Below are positions 60,840-64,000 of a stretch of 64,000 bases of DNA, in pieces (the stretch's first letter is position 1; each line of letters begins with the position of its first letter). Source of the stretch: Setoptus koraiensis (taxonomy: Eukaryota > Animalia > Arthropoda); contig CM106586.1 of the NCBI GenBank assembly GCA_048013815.1, forward strand, positions 1,364,001-1,428,000. Reading direction: 5' to 3'. The position numbers and the translations under genes are program-made. The notes under the pieces are model-generated. The model worked only from the letters and a program-made list of their open reading frames with translations, made no database searches and was not told where the DNA came from.

Positions 60840-62752
60840 TTATTGTCGGACTCTGCCCATAGCTAATATTAAACCATTGATACCATCTAGAACAAAATAC
60901 AAGAATGGTCCACTTAATTTGATTGATGTTGCCTCTTGGCGTGATCTAGCTCGACGAAGCCCTGAAGCTCCTAATCCTTTGACTGGAAGTTTCACCTTAC
61001 TCGATGCTCCTACTTTCAACCTGTCTTCGGCTTGATAGTACTTAGGATTAATCGTGCCAATGTCGATTGAAGTTTCATGAATTATATCACTTGGCCTCAA
61101 CCACATGTTAAGCCCAACCTCATTGAATTTATTGTGTTGGTCTCCGTAAAATATGTCACTTAGTCCCAACTCCCTCAGGGCCCCCTCAACATTTGTTGGA
61201 CCTCTATCGAACTTAATCACAGGTATCTAGAAAAAGAAGCGATTCAAAACAATAGAGTAATATTTAATCGCATGATACTGAGAAAATAAATGATACAAAA
61301 TTTCTACCACTTTACCTGTATGGCGAGTCGTTGAACTTCAAGACTATTAATCATATCAGCCAGCACTTGTGCATTGAGCTTGGACATCAGCAAACTTGTT
61401 GAATTTGAATGATTCGGCATTACTATCACAAGGGAAATGAGACGGTTCTTAAAGGGTATCTCAATAGTTTTACAATCTAGGTCGTAATTTACACCATATT
61501 TCAATAATGTCGATTCCGTTTCAATGAACACCGGTGCATCCTTCTTCCTGATATTTCTTCTAACGCTGGGCGACGATTTTGGCAATGATCTTGGATATAA
61601 TTGATGTTTTAAGCAAGATTGGGTCTTTGCGAGTCCAGTTAAGTTCGTCAATTCACAGTTTACATCATGATCATTATTGAAGCTTCTAGACTCTTTCATG
61701 AACACATCTAGGGTACCTCGAAAATGAAAAGCACTGACTAAAAGCATAGCGATCGGTTTTTGATGTATTTTTTCAGACAAAATGATATCTTTGATTTTAC
61801 CTTCTGTGTTACTAGCCACCAACGAGTTAATATGCTGCCTTGTTTCTTCGCCGTTATGAAGGAAATTAACCGGATGTACAATAGTCTTGTAAAAATGTCT
61901 TAGCAGAGACTGATAGTTGTAGTCAATATTTATGCCTCGTTGAATATAGATACTCTGAATGGATGCCATCTGGCTCAGAGTAGGTGAAGCTATGATTTCT
62001 CGGTTTTGATAATTATACTTGGTTGCTGCTGACCCTTCGGTGGGAGAATCTCTTCCATGAACAAATTTGTTTGATTTCATGTTGAATTTATTTGAATGAA
62101 GTTGAGATGAATTGTTGTGTCGAATGTCAGCCGTATTAGAGGCTGGATTATCTAAACTTTTCTCTCTGAGATACATCAGTTTAGGAAGAGACAATTGATT
62201 GATATCGTCGTTTGCGAATGACCATGCCTGATATCCTTTTCGATGTGAATGATATGAGGAAAAACTTTCCTGCGGCTGATCAATGTCTACCAATTGTCTT
62301 TCTCGTCGATATACACTGGTTTTGTTGTGAATTGTTAATCTTGTTGATCTGGTCTCTTTGGCGCTTCGCTTTCGCTTGTTTATTGTACTCACTTGATTGA
62401 CCCCAACATGATTGAACATGTCCAGATAAGCCTGATTGATATCTTTTGGTCTCATAGACCAAATATATAAGGCATGGCGCAATGGTGAAATGACTTCGTA
62501 TCTTGACGATCCCATAATAATCATGGCTAGTGAAGAGGAGAGACATAATGGACAAAATACAATGACTTTGTCGCGAGGTTCTATTTTGTCAAGGGATCTT
62601 AGAACGTCCAAGCCGAAATGATTGGTCGATATGGCTAGTCTTCTCAATCCATGGGATACAACTTGGCAGTCTGCTGAACGACAGCGTTCTGCAAACCAAA
62701 GTGATACAGTTAGTAGTATAAGATGCTTTCTCGTTGAGTTGGCTATGAACAT
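60840..62752 (-). CDS. Secreted serpin, probably non-inhibitory, with a large insertion (exons 62752-61316 and 61226-60840)
   Basis: Signal peptide, N.FGLDVLRSL, VFCPLCLSSSLAM, INSLVASNTEGKIKDI, LLVSAFHFRG, IEIPFK....SLVIVMPN, phase-0 intron, and terminal PFLYFV.D...GLIL.MGRV. Confidence 0.88.
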
Positions 62753-63319
62753 TTTTGCATCAACACTATTTTATATGATTAGTTTATGAAATCAAAATTT
62801 GTTGATATTCAAGAACTGATAATCGAGCGTAGTTCAGATTGAAGTAAATATTATCAACTAATTCGCTACCAAAAGAGAAGAGAAAGAGGGAGAGAGAGAG
62901 AGAGAGAGAAATAAGAATGTTGTTATGCCACTTTCAAGCTCTTTTAAGGCCCACCCTCTGCGACATGCCGAGAAAAAGAAAAATCTTGAGGCCTATTCAG
63001 ATGTCACATGAAGAAAACTATCAATCTTGAGAACGCTATTATATCGTCAGCATTTCATTGACAATTTCAGGTGACACCCTTCTGTATGCAAGAGCGGTCA
63101 GATATGTTCCCGTCCAGCCAGCATTGGTAACAATCAACTGGTTTTTACGGCGATTCATCTACGTTAAATGACAACAATGAGTCGACCAAGACAGAATCGA
63201 CTATGCATTCTGTAATAGGACACCAAATAAGCAAGGCTCAAGAAAGACATCTAAATACTTGAGAATAGTGTTGTAAGCAAAACAAATTTTTATTTGATGT
63301 GTGTGTATGTGTGATTGAT

Positions 63320-63673
63320 CTAACTGCTGTACCTAGATTTTATACGTCGGCGTCTCCTGGATCGGACTTTTTTAAGGTAGTCCACAGTTCGAAATATTTG
63401 ATTGATTTGTTGATCTTGTTGATGAGGGGATGACTTTAGTTTCAGATAATTCAGTTCCGACACCAGGTCGACGAATTTCTCCAGTTCCTCTTGACTCAAC
63501 TCTCTCCTAAGTTCTATACTTATAGGCCGGTTGTGATTAGATGACATAAAAGATAATGATTTTCTGGTTCTACTCCTGGGCGATAATGTGATCCTATAAT
63601 CCCTAAGTTTCTTACGCTCCTCCTCGGATGGTGGTGGAATGATTGGCTGCTTTGTATTGCTGTCGGTAGACAT
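63320..63673 (-). CDS. Small basic orphan protein, 117 aa, Arg-rich C-terminus
   Basis: ATG-initiated ORF with protein-like composition and no microsatellite. No recognisable domain. Confidence 0.45.
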   Translation of the reverse strand: MSTDSNTKQPIIPPPSEEERKKLRDYRITLSPRSRTRKSLSFMSSNHNRPISIELRRELSQEELEKFVDLVSELNYLKLKSSPHQQDQQINQIFRTVDYLKKVRSRRRRRIKSRYSS

Positions 63674-64000
63674 TGTTCTTGTTCAACTTTAATTTACCAT
63701 CCCAATAATGAATTTTGATTCGATTGAGTAATGACAAATGACGAGGACGAAATTCCATATCTATGATAACAACTCTAAGGTGGGTCCATAGTATAAAGGC
63801 TTATTTCACGATTTTGTTAGTCTATCATTTTTTGCTTTACTACACGCTGCACGCCTTCTTGGGTTCATTTTCAGGACAATAAGTATAATATAAGTATCGT
63901 TCGTATGCTTATTTCTAGAATATATCTGAAGAGGGCGTTAATAAAACATTCGATAACAACATGCATTTTATTGTTGTGCAAAATGATTTGTCATTTTCTT

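Overview
Eukaryotic animal DNA, most likely a compact arthropod genome. The intron-stripped genes suggest an acariform mite such as an eriophyoid (inference). Gene order: a multi-exon PDE7-like phosphodiesterase (+) split by a 12.4-kb intron; single-ORF SOS (-) and DDX47 (-); ATP23 (+); a small secreted Cys peptide (-); twisted gastrulation (-); an Hrs/Vps27 lacking its VHS domain (+); CREB (-); Nemo-like kinase (-); ACOX3 (-); a stand-alone MTHFD1-type dehydrogenase/cyclohydrolase with a mitochondrial-like leader (+); an atypical serpin (-); and a small basic orphan ORF (-). Long microsatellite-rich non-coding tracts flank PDE, CREB and NLK. The main discovery is at 38.2-52.3 kb. An unrecognised family of six-cysteine single-pass membrane proteins (two intact genes, two pseudogenes) is interleaved with two NLK copies. 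The second NLK is a near-identical 1.5-kb duplicate that keeps every catalytic motif but has a new N-terminus. The two intact membrane genes share a near-identical 293-bp leader block that appears to hide signal-peptide micro-exons, although their ectodomains are highly diverged. Their tails carry Ser-Pro repeats and a PDZ-binding end. No rRNA, tRNA or CRISPR array could be supported. All identifications are by eye from recalled family motifs; no database search was run.
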